Assembly (NCBI GenBank): GCA_030601865.1
Contig: JAUWAW010000001.1
Span: 46,433 to 110,432, forward strand
Direction: 5' to 3'
Source: Candidatus Nealsonbacteria bacterium
GTDB taxonomy: Bacteria; Patescibacteriota; Minisyncoccia; Minisyncoccales; JAUWAW01
DNA: 64,000 nucleotides
Shown piece by piece: positions 7,461-15,159 of this stretch (position 1 is the stretch's first letter; each line of letters starts with the position of its first letter). The notes beneath the pieces are model-generated. The model ran no database searches. It was not told where the DNA came from and saw nothing but the letters and a program-made list of their open reading frames with translations. The position numbers were made by a program, and so were the translations under genes.

Positions 7461-9419
7461 ATGAAATATCATATTGTTACTTACGGCTGTCAAATGAATA
7501 AAAGCGACAGTGAGAGGATTGCTACACTATTAGAGAATAAAGGATATCAGCCCGCGAAAGATATTTCTCGGGCTGATTTGGTAGTAATTAATATGTGTTC
7601 TGTTCGCCAAAAACCGGTAGACAAAGCCAAAAACCAGATTGCTCGTCTCCGCAATAAAAAAATTATTTTAATAGGTTGTATTTTAGATGCTGACAAAAAA
7701 GAATTTGCAAAAATGGGAGTTAAAATCTGGAGAGGTCTGACCTCTGCAAAACTTGCAGAGGTCAGACCTCTAACTGGTTTTGTGCCCATTATGAGAGGGT
7801 GTAATAATTTTTGTTCATACTGTGTTGTGCCTTACACTCGAGGGCCGGAAAAATATCGCAGTCAAAAAGAAATTATTGGCGAAGTTAAACATCTTCTTAA
7901 AAAAGGAATTAAAGAAATTACTTTGCTGGGTCAAAATGTCGATAGTTATAAATATAAACCACCACGGGATCCTTCGGCTTCGCCTCAGGATGATAACTCC
8001 GTTGTCAATTTTGTAAAATTACTTCAGAAAATTACTGTCTTGCCCGGCGATTTTAAGATTAAATTTATTACCAATCATCCCAAAGATTTTTCTGATGAAC
8101 TAATCGATGAGATTGCTCGGAATGACAAAATAATCAAATATGTTCACTTGCCAGTGCAGTCAGGTGATAATAAAATCTTAAAAAAGATGAACCGCAATTA
8201 TACTGGTGAGCAGTATTTGGCTTTGATTAAAAAAATTAAAAAGAAAATACCTAATGTTGACCTAACAACTGATATTATTGTTGGCTTTCCCGGTGAAACC
8301 GAAAAACAATTCCAAAAGACAGTTAACTTGTTTAAAAAGATTAAATTTGCTACCGCCTACATTGCCAAATACAGCCCCCGCCCCGGCACCGTTGCCTATA
8401 AACTAAAAGACAACGTCCCCCTCGCAGAAAAAAAGCGCCGAGAACAAACCCTGAGAAAATTAATACCTCCTACCCGTCATTCTGAGGCGAAGCCGAAGAA
8501 TCTCAACCAACGAGATCCTTCGGCTCGCTATCACTCGCCTCAGGATGACAATAACAAACTTATTGTTATTTTGGGGCCGACGGCTGTAGGGAAAACAGAG
8601 TTTTCAATAAAGCTGGCCAAAAAATTTAACGGCCAGGTGATTTCGGCTGACTCCCGTCAGGTCTATAAAGGAATGAACATCGGAACAGGTAAAATAAGCA
8701 AAAAAGAAAGGCAAGGTATCCCCCACTATCTTTTAGATATTGCCTCCCCCAGAAGAAGGTTTTCGGTTGCCCAATATCAAAAAAAGGCGATTGAAGTCAT
8801 AAACAAAATTTTAAAAAAGAAAAAAATCCCGTTTTTAGTAGGCGGAAGTCCTTTTTATATTTACTCTATTGTTGAGGGTTGGGTTTTTCCCAAAATGAAA
8901 GCCGACTTAAAACTGAGAAAAGAATTGGAAAAAAAATCAATTGAAGAACTTTTCAACATATTAAAAAAACTCTCTCCGCAGAGAGCCAAAACAATTGAAA
9001 AGAAAAACAAAAGACGGCTTATCAGGGCAATTGAGATTGCCAAGGCTTTAGGCAAAGTTTTGCCTCTGAAAAAAAATCCCCAATTTGATTGTTTGTTAAT
9101 AGGGATTAAACTAACAAAAGAAAAATTACAAAAAAAAGTTTCCCAAAGAGTTGATAAAATGATTGAATTAGGTCTTGAAAAAGAAGTAAAAAAATTATCT
9201 GAAAAATACGGCTTCAATTCTGTGTTGGGAGAAAGTATTGGCTACCAAGAATGGGAAAAAAGCGGCAGCCGGGCTGCCGCTGAAATAGCAGAGGAAATAA
9301 AATTTAATACTTATCATCTTGCCAAGCGGCAAATGACCTGGTTCAAAAAAGATAAAAGAATCCTTTGGGTTGAGAATTATAAACAAGCGGAAAATTTGAT
9401 CAAAAATTTCTTGGTATAA
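7461..9419 (+). CDS. miaB-miaA: Fusion protein: MiaB-like methylthiotransferase (UPF0004 + radical SAM, no TRAM domain) fused to tRNA dimethylallyltransferase MiaA
   Basis: N-terminus MKYHIVTYGCQMNKSDSE and CNNFCSYCVVPYTRG (MiaB). From about residue 375, LIVILGPTAVGKTEFSIKLAKKFNGQVISADSRQVYKGMNIGTGK (MiaA P-loop). One uninterrupted 652-aa ORF. Confidence 0.85.
   Translation: MKYHIVTYGCQMNKSDSERIATLLENKGYQPAKDISRADLVVINMCSVRQKPVDKAKNQIARLRNKKIILIGCILDADKKEFAKMGVKIWRGLTSAKLAEVRPLTGFVPIMRGCNNFCSYCVVPYTRGPEKYRSQKEIIGEVKHLLKKGIKEITLLGQNVDSYKYKPPRDPSASPQDDNSVVNFVKLLQKITVLPGDFKIKFITNHPKDFSDELIDEIARNDKIIKYVHLPVQSGDNKILKKMNRNYTGEQYLALIKKIKKKIPNVDLTTDIIVGFPGETEKQFQKTVNLFKKIKFATAYIAKYSPRPGTVAYKLKDNVPLAEKKRREQTLRKLIPPTRHSEAKPKNLNQRDPSARYHSPQDDNNKLIVILGPTAVGKTEFSIKLAKKFNGQVISADSRQVYKGMNIGTGKISKKERQGIPHYLLDIASPRRRFSVAQYQKKAIEVINKILKKKKIPFLVGGSPFYIYSIVEGWVFPKMKADLKLRKELEKKSIEELFNILKKLSPQRAKTIEKKNKRRLIRAIEIAKALGKVLPLKKNPQFDCLLIGIKLTKEKLQKKVSQRVDKMIELGLEKEVKKLSEKYGFNSVLGESIGYQEWEKSGSRAAAEIAEEIKFNTYHLAKRQMTWFKKDKRILWVENYKQAENLIKNFLV
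7732..7770. repeat. Perfect 18-bp-arm palindrome in frame inside the miaB part
   Basis: gaggtctgacctctgcaa-aac-ttgcagaggtcagacctc; encodes RGLTSAKLAEVRPL. The antisense frame reads the near-identical RGLTSASFAEVRPL. Confidence 0.9.
7966..7994. repeat. Family-1 element copy in frame inside the miaB radical-SAM part
   Basis: gggatccttcggcttcgcctcaggatgat; encodes RDPSASPQDD. Confidence 0.85.
8476..8549. repeat. Inverted pair of family-1 elements forming the MiaB-MiaA linker
   Basis: gtcattctgaggcgaagccgaagaatctc ... gagatccttcggctcgctatcactcgcctcaggatgac; encodes RHSEAKPKNLNQRDPSARYHSPQDD. Confidence 0.85.
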
Positions 9420-9429
9420 CTTTATGTAA

Positions 9430-9451
9430 ATAACTCACGATCGTGAGTTAT
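9430..9451. terminator. 22-bp perfect palindrome between convergent miaB-miaA and gatB (bidirectional terminator candidate)
   Basis: ataactcacga|tcgtgagttat with CGATCG core. Confidence 0.5.
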
Positions 9452-9456
9452 AAACA

Positions 9457-10914
9457 TTAAAGAAGTTGCTTTAATATTTGATTAACCAGTCCCGGGCTGG
9501 CTTTTCCTTTTGTTTGAGCCATAACTTTGCCCACCAGGAATTGTAAGGCGTTTTCTTTTCCCTTTTTATAATCCTCAACTGGTTTTGGGTTTTTATTAAT
9601 AACTTCTTTTATTATTTTTTCAATTTTTTTCTCATCAGTCATTTGTTGCCAGCCCTTTTCTTCAATAATATGGGAAGGGTCTCCTCCAGTGCCAAACATC
9701 TCTTTGAGAACGGTCTTAGCGATTTTGCTTGAAATCTCACCTTTGTAAATCAAAATAATAAACTCAGCAAAATTCTCGGGAGTGATGAGAAAATCCTCGC
9801 CGACAATAGAGGCCCCCTTCAAAAGACCTTGTAGGTCAGTAACAATATAGTTGACAGCCAATTGGGTGAACTTTTTAGTTTGCTTAATCTTTTCAATCTT
9901 TGCCCAGTTGTCCAGTTCAGACATAACTTTCTCAAGATATTCGCCCAAATTTTTATTAAAAACAAAAATTTCAATTTCCTCATCTTTGAGCGCGTATTCT
10001 CTTTTGAAACGTTCTCTACGGGACTGAGGCAATTCAGGAATTTCTGCTTTAATTTCATTGATAAAATCTTCTTCAAGATGAAGCGGAGGAAGGTTAGGTT
10101 CTGGAGCATGCAGGTCTTCCGTGGAAAACATACCACCTCCTTTTTTTCTCTGAGAAAAAGTCATTCCTTTTTCATCGTCCCATCCTCTTGTTTCGGGAAG
10201 CACTTTTTTACCCTTTTTCAAGAGTTCTCTTTGTCTTTCAATCTCAAATTCTGTTGCTTTTTCTGCTGCCCGGAAAGAATTTAAATTTTTAATCTCTACC
10301 TTTGTTCCTAATTTTTTACTGCCTTTCAGCGCCATTGAGATATTTACCTCCACCCTCATCTGACCTTTTTCCATATTAGCTTCAGAGACATTTAAGTATC
10401 TTAAGAGTATTTGCAATTCTTGGGCGAATTTCCTTGCTTCTCTTGCTGAACTAATATCGGGCTCTGTCACTAATTCTATAAGGGGTATCCCAGCTCGATT
10501 AAAATTAACTAAAGAATAATCTTCTTTATGGATTAACGTCCCCACATCTTCTTCTAAATGGAGTTCATGGATTCGTATTTTCTTAGCATCAATTTTTAAA
10601 AAACCATTCTTGCCCAAAGGAGAAATATCTTTACTTATTTGGTATCCTTTAGGTAAATCTGGATAGAAATAAAGCTTGCGAAAGAATTCGGACTTTCTAA
10701 CAATCTCACAATTCAGAGCTAGAGCAGTTTTAACTATCTTTTTCACCGTTTCTTTATTGAGAACCGGAAGCACTCCTGGGTGACCCATACAAATCGGACA
10801 AATATTGACATTGGCATGACTTTCGTTAACGTTATTCAGGCAAGAACAAAACATTTTGCTCTTGGTATTAAGTTCTATATGTATTTCTAAGCCAATTGTT
10901 GGTTGATAGTTCAT
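9457..10914 (-). CDS. gatB: Asp/Glu-tRNA(Asn/Gln) amidotransferase subunit B
   Basis: 485 aa; MNYQPTIGLEIHIELNTKSKMFCSC start and a C-terminal GatB/YqeY domain. Confidence 0.93.
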   Translation of the reverse strand: MNYQPTIGLEIHIELNTKSKMFCSCLNNVNESHANVNICPICMGHPGVLPVLNKETVKKIVKTALALNCEIVRKSEFFRKLYFYPDLPKGYQISKDISPLGKNGFLKIDAKKIRIHELHLEEDVGTLIHKEDYSLVNFNRAGIPLIELVTEPDISSAREARKFAQELQILLRYLNVSEANMEKGQMRVEVNISMALKGSKKLGTKVEIKNLNSFRAAEKATEFEIERQRELLKKGKKVLPETRGWDDEKGMTFSQRKKGGGMFSTEDLHAPEPNLPPLHLEEDFINEIKAEIPELPQSRRERFKREYALKDEEIEIFVFNKNLGEYLEKVMSELDNWAKIEKIKQTKKFTQLAVNYIVTDLQGLLKGASIVGEDFLITPENFAEFIILIYKGEISSKIAKTVLKEMFGTGGDPSHIIEEKGWQQMTDEKKIEKIIKEVINKNPKPVEDYKKGKENALQFLVGKVMAQTKGKASPGLVNQILKQLL

Positions 10915-11561
10915 GTTTCCTTTATTATTTCAACACCGGAGCTAGTCCCGATAATATCAGCGCCGGCTTTGACCATGGCTTTGAGGTCTTTTAAGCTTTT
11001 AATTTTTCCTGCTGCTTTGATTAAAAGCCCTGGCACTGCTTTTTTCATAATGGCTAAGTGTCTGGCTTTTTCTTTTAGTTCTCTGTGTTCTAAAGGGTCT
11101 TTAAAGGTGGCTGTTTTAACGCAAATAGCGCCTGCTTTTTTAACAATTTGTGAGGCCTTTTTTATTTCTTCTTCAGTTAAATAGCCCGAACCAATAATCA
11201 CTTTAGTGGACAGAATTTTACAAAGCCCTTTTAGATCTTTCAAAACTTTGTCGTATCTTTCGTACTTCAAGTCAACAATATTCATCACCACATCTAATTC
11301 ATCAGCCCCGTCATTCTTTGCTTTTTGGCACATTTTTACTCTCTTTTGATGCGCGCTTTGACCCATTGGCGGGTCAATTAAAACAACAATTTTAATATCG
11401 GTATCTTTCAACTCCTTCTTCACCAACCCCACCCTTTCTGGATTAATACAAACACTCCGAAAACCGTATTTTTTAGCTTCCTGGCAAGTTTTTTTTATTG
11501 CTTTAGCCGTCGCCAACCGTTTTATATTCGTATGGTCAATAAGTTTTGCTATGTTTCTCAT
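10911..11561 (-). CDS. deoC: Deoxyribose-phosphate aldolase
   Basis: 216 aa; IDHTNIK, VCINP and GADELDVVMNI motifs, Schiff-base lysine context ICVKTATF; 4-nt overlaps with both neighbours. Confidence 0.85.
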   Translation of the reverse strand: MRNIAKLIDHTNIKRLATAKAIKKTCQEAKKYGFRSVCINPERVGLVKKELKDTDIKIVVLIDPPMGQSAHQKRVKMCQKAKNDGADELDVVMNIVDLKYERYDKVLKDLKGLCKILSTKVIIGSGYLTEEEIKKASQIVKKAGAICVKTATFKDPLEHRELKEKARHLAIMKKAVPGLLIKAAGKIKSLKDLKAMVKAGADIIGTSSGVEIIKET

Positions 11562-12340
11562 GTTAAATTAAACTTGCTTTTCGCCTCTTCATACATATCT
11601 TTATAGATATGCATACTCACAGAAAAATGAGTATATGTTCCCACTGCCACGTCGAGCTCGTCTGCCATATGTTTTTGCAAAGCAGTAAAGGCGTAAGCGT
11701 TCTCAGGCCAGGCATTGTATAAATCATTGGTCTTCATCACCACAAACATATGCAGTTTTCCGTCCACCAATTGAGGATAGGCCAAAAGCAGACAGGGAGA
11801 AGATGTATCCTCTCTTTTGGGACCAAACTTCATTAAATCTCTAAAAGGAATCCAGGTGTGCATCACCACTGTTCGACGAGTTGGATCTTTTTTTAAGATT
11901 TGAATTGCTTTATCTACCTGGTCAATACGTTGAACCACGCACTTGCCATCAGGAGAAATCTTCTTTACTGCTGTCGCCAATTCCTCATCAGAATCTGTAA
12001 CACTCGGCAACCAAGCCCTTACTTTACAGTCTGGATAACAACGAAGCCGAGAATAATAAGTGTAATCAAAACTGTTTTCTTGCTCTTTTCCTGAACCGTG
12101 TATTAATTTCTTGGCATACTCATCAGCTTGTTCCCGGTTGGCATTAGCCTTTGAAGAAAGCCTGGGCTCGGAAAAAGGTTCTGAAACCTTTATCATTAAA
12201 GGTAGGTCTTTTGTTTCTATTTTGTATTCCGGGGCCTGGACGTACCTATCATGACCTTGCTTCATTACTAAGACACAGGCCTTTTCCCAGGCCTCGCCTA
12301 ACGTTTTTGCTTCAATTATTGTTGTATTGTACATAAGCAC
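11558..12340 (-). CDS. Thymidylate synthase ThyA-like, archaeal-type divergent form
   Basis: 260 aa. TRRTVVMHTW matches the RR motif; SPCLLLAY holds the catalytic Cys; KTNDLYNAWPENAYAF matches RSxD...PFN with Asn retained; MHIYKDMY matches HxY. Confidence 0.75.
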   Translation of the reverse strand: MLMYNTTIIEAKTLGEAWEKACVLVMKQGHDRYVQAPEYKIETKDLPLMIKVSEPFSEPRLSSKANANREQADEYAKKLIHGSGKEQENSFDYTYYSRLRCYPDCKVRAWLPSVTDSDEELATAVKKISPDGKCVVQRIDQVDKAIQILKKDPTRRTVVMHTWIPFRDLMKFGPKREDTSSPCLLLAYPQLVDGKLHMFVVMKTNDLYNAWPENAYAFTALQKHMADELDVAVGTYTHFSVSMHIYKDMYEEAKSKFNLT

Positions 12341-12365
12341 TTTGCTAAGCTTTTAATTTTTTACT

Positions 12366-13250
12366 TTAGTCGTGCCAGCCGTATTCGTCGGCTGACTCGT
12401 ATTCGTCGGCTGACTCTTGGTTTTCTTTCTCGACCTTTTTGATGAACAGCTTCTGGTCCTGTTCATAATCTAAGCCATTCTTGAGAGCTATTTCAGCCTT
12501 CTGAAGCTCCCGGCCCAAATACATAGCATGTTCCTTGGTCTGTTGGAAATCACCGATTAAGTCAAGATTGACTATTGTTTTACAAATACGTTCTGCTGAA
12601 TCTCCTGTTATTTTACATTTTAATTTATTGTCTTGGAAATGTTCAACGATTATCTTATTCCTTTCTTTATTAATTAAAACAACAAAGAATCCTTTTGGGT
12701 CAGGTATCCAGTCAGGGCAGGAATGAGCTTCTATTTCTGCTACTTTCTCAATTTTCAAAACCTTTGGAGAAAACTCGCTGGGTTTGGTTTGCAAAAGCTT
12801 ATCAATCACTTCTTCAATTTTCTTACCGTCCCTCTCACCTACCATATTGACAGGTGAAATCTGTTTTCTGAATTGTTCAATCAGTTCTTTATCAATACCT
12901 TTTAGATAGGACATATTGCCTTTGGCTCCGATAATCATTTTATCATTGTCTATACCGCTTTTTACAAGACATTCTATTGCTTGAGAGACAAAATGACCTT
13001 TGGAAATTTTCCCGCAAAGAATCAAATACCTGATATTGGGATTGGAAACTATGTTTTGGATTATTTTTTCTATGCCGATGTTCTCTGTAACACATTTACC
13101 CCAGATTGCTACTTTCTGAGGACTGATTTTTATTTCATCAATACTAGCATTAGTGCAAACAGCCACTGGCGAAATTTTATTGCCCACCTCGTATCTTCCC
13201 TGAACTGGCGGCCAATTTTGCAGCTTGCTTTCCATATTGATAAGTCGCAC
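12366..13250 (-). CDS. MtrA-like (tetrahydromethanopterin S-methyltransferase subunit A-like, corrinoid-type) domain fused to a DUF4346-like C-terminal domain
   Basis: NWPPVQGRYEVGN..SPVAVCT...TENIGIEKIIQNIVSNPNIRYLILCGKISKGHFVSQA...IIGAKG aligns closely with archaeal MtrA as I recall it, including the GH histidine. C-terminal DPKGFFVV...HAMYLGRELQKAE resembles DUF4346. Likely start is the ATG at 13235 (MESKLQNW). Confidence 0.8.
   Translation of the reverse strand: MRLINMESKLQNWPPVQGRYEVGNKISPVAVCTNASIDEIKISPQKVAIWGKCVTENIGIEKIIQNIVSNPNIRYLILCGKISKGHFVSQAIECLVKSGIDNDKMIIGAKGNMSYLKGIDKELIEQFRKQISPVNMVGERDGKKIEEVIDKLLQTKPSEFSPKVLKIEKVAEIEAHSCPDWIPDPKGFFVVLINKERNKIIVEHFQDNKLKCKITGDSAERICKTIVNLDLIGDFQQTKEHAMYLGRELQKAEIALKNGLDYEQDQKLFIKKVEKENQESADEYESADEYGWHD
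12381..12416. repeat. Perfect 18-bp tandem duplication at the 3' end of the MtrA-like gene
   Basis: gtattcgtcggctgactc x2, encoding ESADEY-ESADEY. Confidence 0.9.
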
Positions 13251-13287
13251 TAACAGTGCGACGGGTCTGTCGCACTGTTAGTGCGAC
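13244..13287. repeat. Double hairpin / 19-bp-arm palindrome at the dcd stop / MtrA-like start junction
   Basis: gtcgcactaacagtgcgac-gggtct-gtcgcactgttagtgcgac; each arm is itself an 8-bp hairpin; supplies the last ~13 codons of dcd. Confidence 0.85.
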
Positions 13288-13864
13288 AATTAGGCCTAAA
13301 TTCTTGGTTTATTTTGCTGGCTTGAGGAGATTCCTGTTTATCGTATTTCTGAGCTTTTTTTTCTGAATAGGAAACCTCGCAAGGACCAGAAAGCGTCTCA
13401 AAAGTCAAGGCGCAAACCCGCATCCCGGCATATAAAATAATGGGCATAATTCCCAAATTCCCCAATTCCATCACTGCTTTTCCCTGCCAACCAGGGTCAA
13501 AGCGAGCGGCGGTTGAATGAACTATCATTCCCAACCTACCCAAAGAACTTCTACCATCCAGTCTTGCCATTATATCATTGGGTAAAATTATTTCTTCTTT
13601 TGTTATAGCAATCACAAATTCTTTTGATTGCAAGATAAAAGGAGCTCCATCTTCTATTTTTACTTCCTCCATTAATTTTTCGAAATTGATATCTCTTTTA
13701 AGGTCTAAATAGGGATATTGAGAGGGCTTAAAAGTTTTAAAAATATTGCCTAAATGTAAATCTAAGGAACAAGGTCCTAATTGCTTTTCAAAATCGGGCT
13801 CAGGCTTGATTGTGATTTTTCCTTCCCTAATATATTTTTTTATGTCTTTGTCTGAGAGAATCAT
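13250..13864 (-). CDS. dcd: dCTP deaminase
   Basis: 204 aa; MILSDKDIKKYI, GPCSLDLHLGN, RLDGRSSLGRLG and FDPGWQG motifs of the dUTPase-fold Dcd family. The C-terminal tail RPNCRTNSATDPSHC is encoded by the palindrome. Confidence 0.9.
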   Translation of the reverse strand: MILSDKDIKKYIREGKITIKPEPDFEKQLGPCSLDLHLGNIFKTFKPSQYPYLDLKRDINFEKLMEEVKIEDGAPFILQSKEFVIAITKEEIILPNDIMARLDGRSSLGRLGMIVHSTAARFDPGWQGKAVMELGNLGIMPIILYAGMRVCALTFETLSGPCEVSYSEKKAQKYDKQESPQASKINQEFRPNCRTNSATDPSHC

Positions 13865-13920
13865 TGATGTTTAAGACAGAAAAATTAGTCGTTGTTTTAT
13901 CATAGCACATTTTTGGAAAT

Positions 13921-13959
13921 AAAAAAAATGGAAGGGGCCTTGTTAGACAAGACACCTTC
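13921..13959 (-). terminator. Intrinsic terminator after the MazG-like gene
   Basis: Minus strand gaaggtgtcttg-tctaa-caaggccccttc followed by a T8 run. Confidence 0.5.
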
Positions 13960-14012
13960 TTGTGAATTGTGGATATTCTCAGATCATTCCTCCTTTTCAC
14001 TACCTCCTCTCA

Positions 14013-14690
14013 TTAGATAACCGGGCATTGGCATTTCTCTTTGAGACAGGTCCGGCATTTTCCAGGATAGGTTTGCCAAGTGACTTCGGAAAGAGATATC
14101 TGCAGTTTATTGCAAGCAGCAACAAGCCAGGCAAAAGCATCAGCCAATTCGGCCTCCAATTCTGCTCTCGGGCCTAATCTAAAGGCTCGGCTTATTTCCC
14201 CTATCTCTTCAAAAAGATGAAACCATATTTGGACTTGGAATTTTATTTTATTCACTCGTCCATAAATCCTTTCAAACATCTGCTGCCAACCGTCAAGGAT
14301 AAAGGGCTTTTGTTTCATTCTGTTCCTGTATTTCTCCAATAGTTCTCTATCGTCTTTGTATTTCAGTTCTTGAGAAATACAAGTACAGTTCTTTTCCTGT
14401 AAACAGTAAGGGCAGACACTCGGATATTTGTGCCAGACGGCATTCTCCAAATCAATCCCTGTTGGCTCGCAAGTATTGCAAAAGGCCAATAGCCAACCGA
14501 AAACATCCGGGATATTCTTTACCACACTTTCTCTGTCTTCCTTGCGCAGATGTTCAGCCAGTTCAGCCATCTCCTCAATAACATGAAGCAAGATATCAGA
14601 GGGACTGTAAATTTCGTCATTCCTTGCTCCATAAATTGAAAAAAATAACCCTTGCCATTGTCTAATACTTTGCGGTTTTTCCATCTCCAC
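14013..14690 (-). CDS. Tandem (internally duplicated) MazG-like nucleoside triphosphate pyrophosphohydrolase with two Cys4 knuckles
   Basis: 225 aa. Both halves share WQxxFxxIYG, EExxE (EEMAELAE / EEIGEISR), xxDxFxWL and W..YP..C..C....C.C (YPSVCPYCLQEKNCTC / YPGKCRTCLKEKCQC). Confidence 0.7.
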   Translation of the reverse strand: MEMEKPQSIRQWQGLFFSIYGARNDEIYSPSDILLHVIEEMAELAEHLRKEDRESVVKNIPDVFGWLLAFCNTCEPTGIDLENAVWHKYPSVCPYCLQEKNCTCISQELKYKDDRELLEKYRNRMKQKPFILDGWQQMFERIYGRVNKIKFQVQIWFHLFEEIGEISRAFRLGPRAELEAELADAFAWLVAACNKLQISLSEVTWQTYPGKCRTCLKEKCQCPVI

Positions 14691-14799
14691 ACTCCTTTCG
14701 TTTAAGTTAAAGAACTATGTTACAATCCTTTCGCACTGCGACCAAAGAGTACAAATTGCTACATTACTTTTAAGATTCCCCAGAACCAGCAAGTTCTTT

Positions 14800-15159
14800 T
14801 TATAAATTGGCCACTTCATTTTTTACCTCTAATTGTCGCCGAACAAGAAACGCAAAAAGCAGAAAATAACGTTCAAGGTCTTTAAGGGAACTCTGATAAT
14901 TCTTTCCCCCAAAAACAGCGTCGCAGAACACTTCCCGCACTCTTGCAATCTCCCGAAGACGACCACGCCAGCGAGAATCCGCAAGAGTCAGATCGAAGAG
15001 TTCAAGAGCTCTGTCAACTGCGCCCCAAAAAATATTTTTGTCTTTTCCTTGCCATTTACGCGCTCGTGTTACTTCACTACCAATATTTGCCAATTGCTCT
15101 GCCAAAGAAAGCTGAAACCATCTATTTTTAGCTAACTCTTTGTGAAAAAGTTTCTTCAT
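14800..15159 (-). CDS. Hypothetical helical protein
   Basis: 119-aa ORF, 4-nt overlap with the upstream DUF5674-like gene; no family recognised. Confidence 0.55.
   Translation of the reverse strand: MKKLFHKELAKNRWFQLSLAEQLANIGSEVTRARKWQGKDKNIFWGAVDRALELFDLTLADSRWRGRLREIARVREVFCDAVFGGKNYQSSLKDLERYFLLFAFLVRRQLEVKNEVANL

Noticed and set aside
13250-14690. dcd + MazG as a nucleotide-depletion anti-phage defence system
   Set aside because: Dcd is a minimal housekeeping-type enzyme without kinase or sensor domains. It is operonic with thyA-like, deoC and gatB. MazG is separately transcribed. A metabolic role is more parsimonious.
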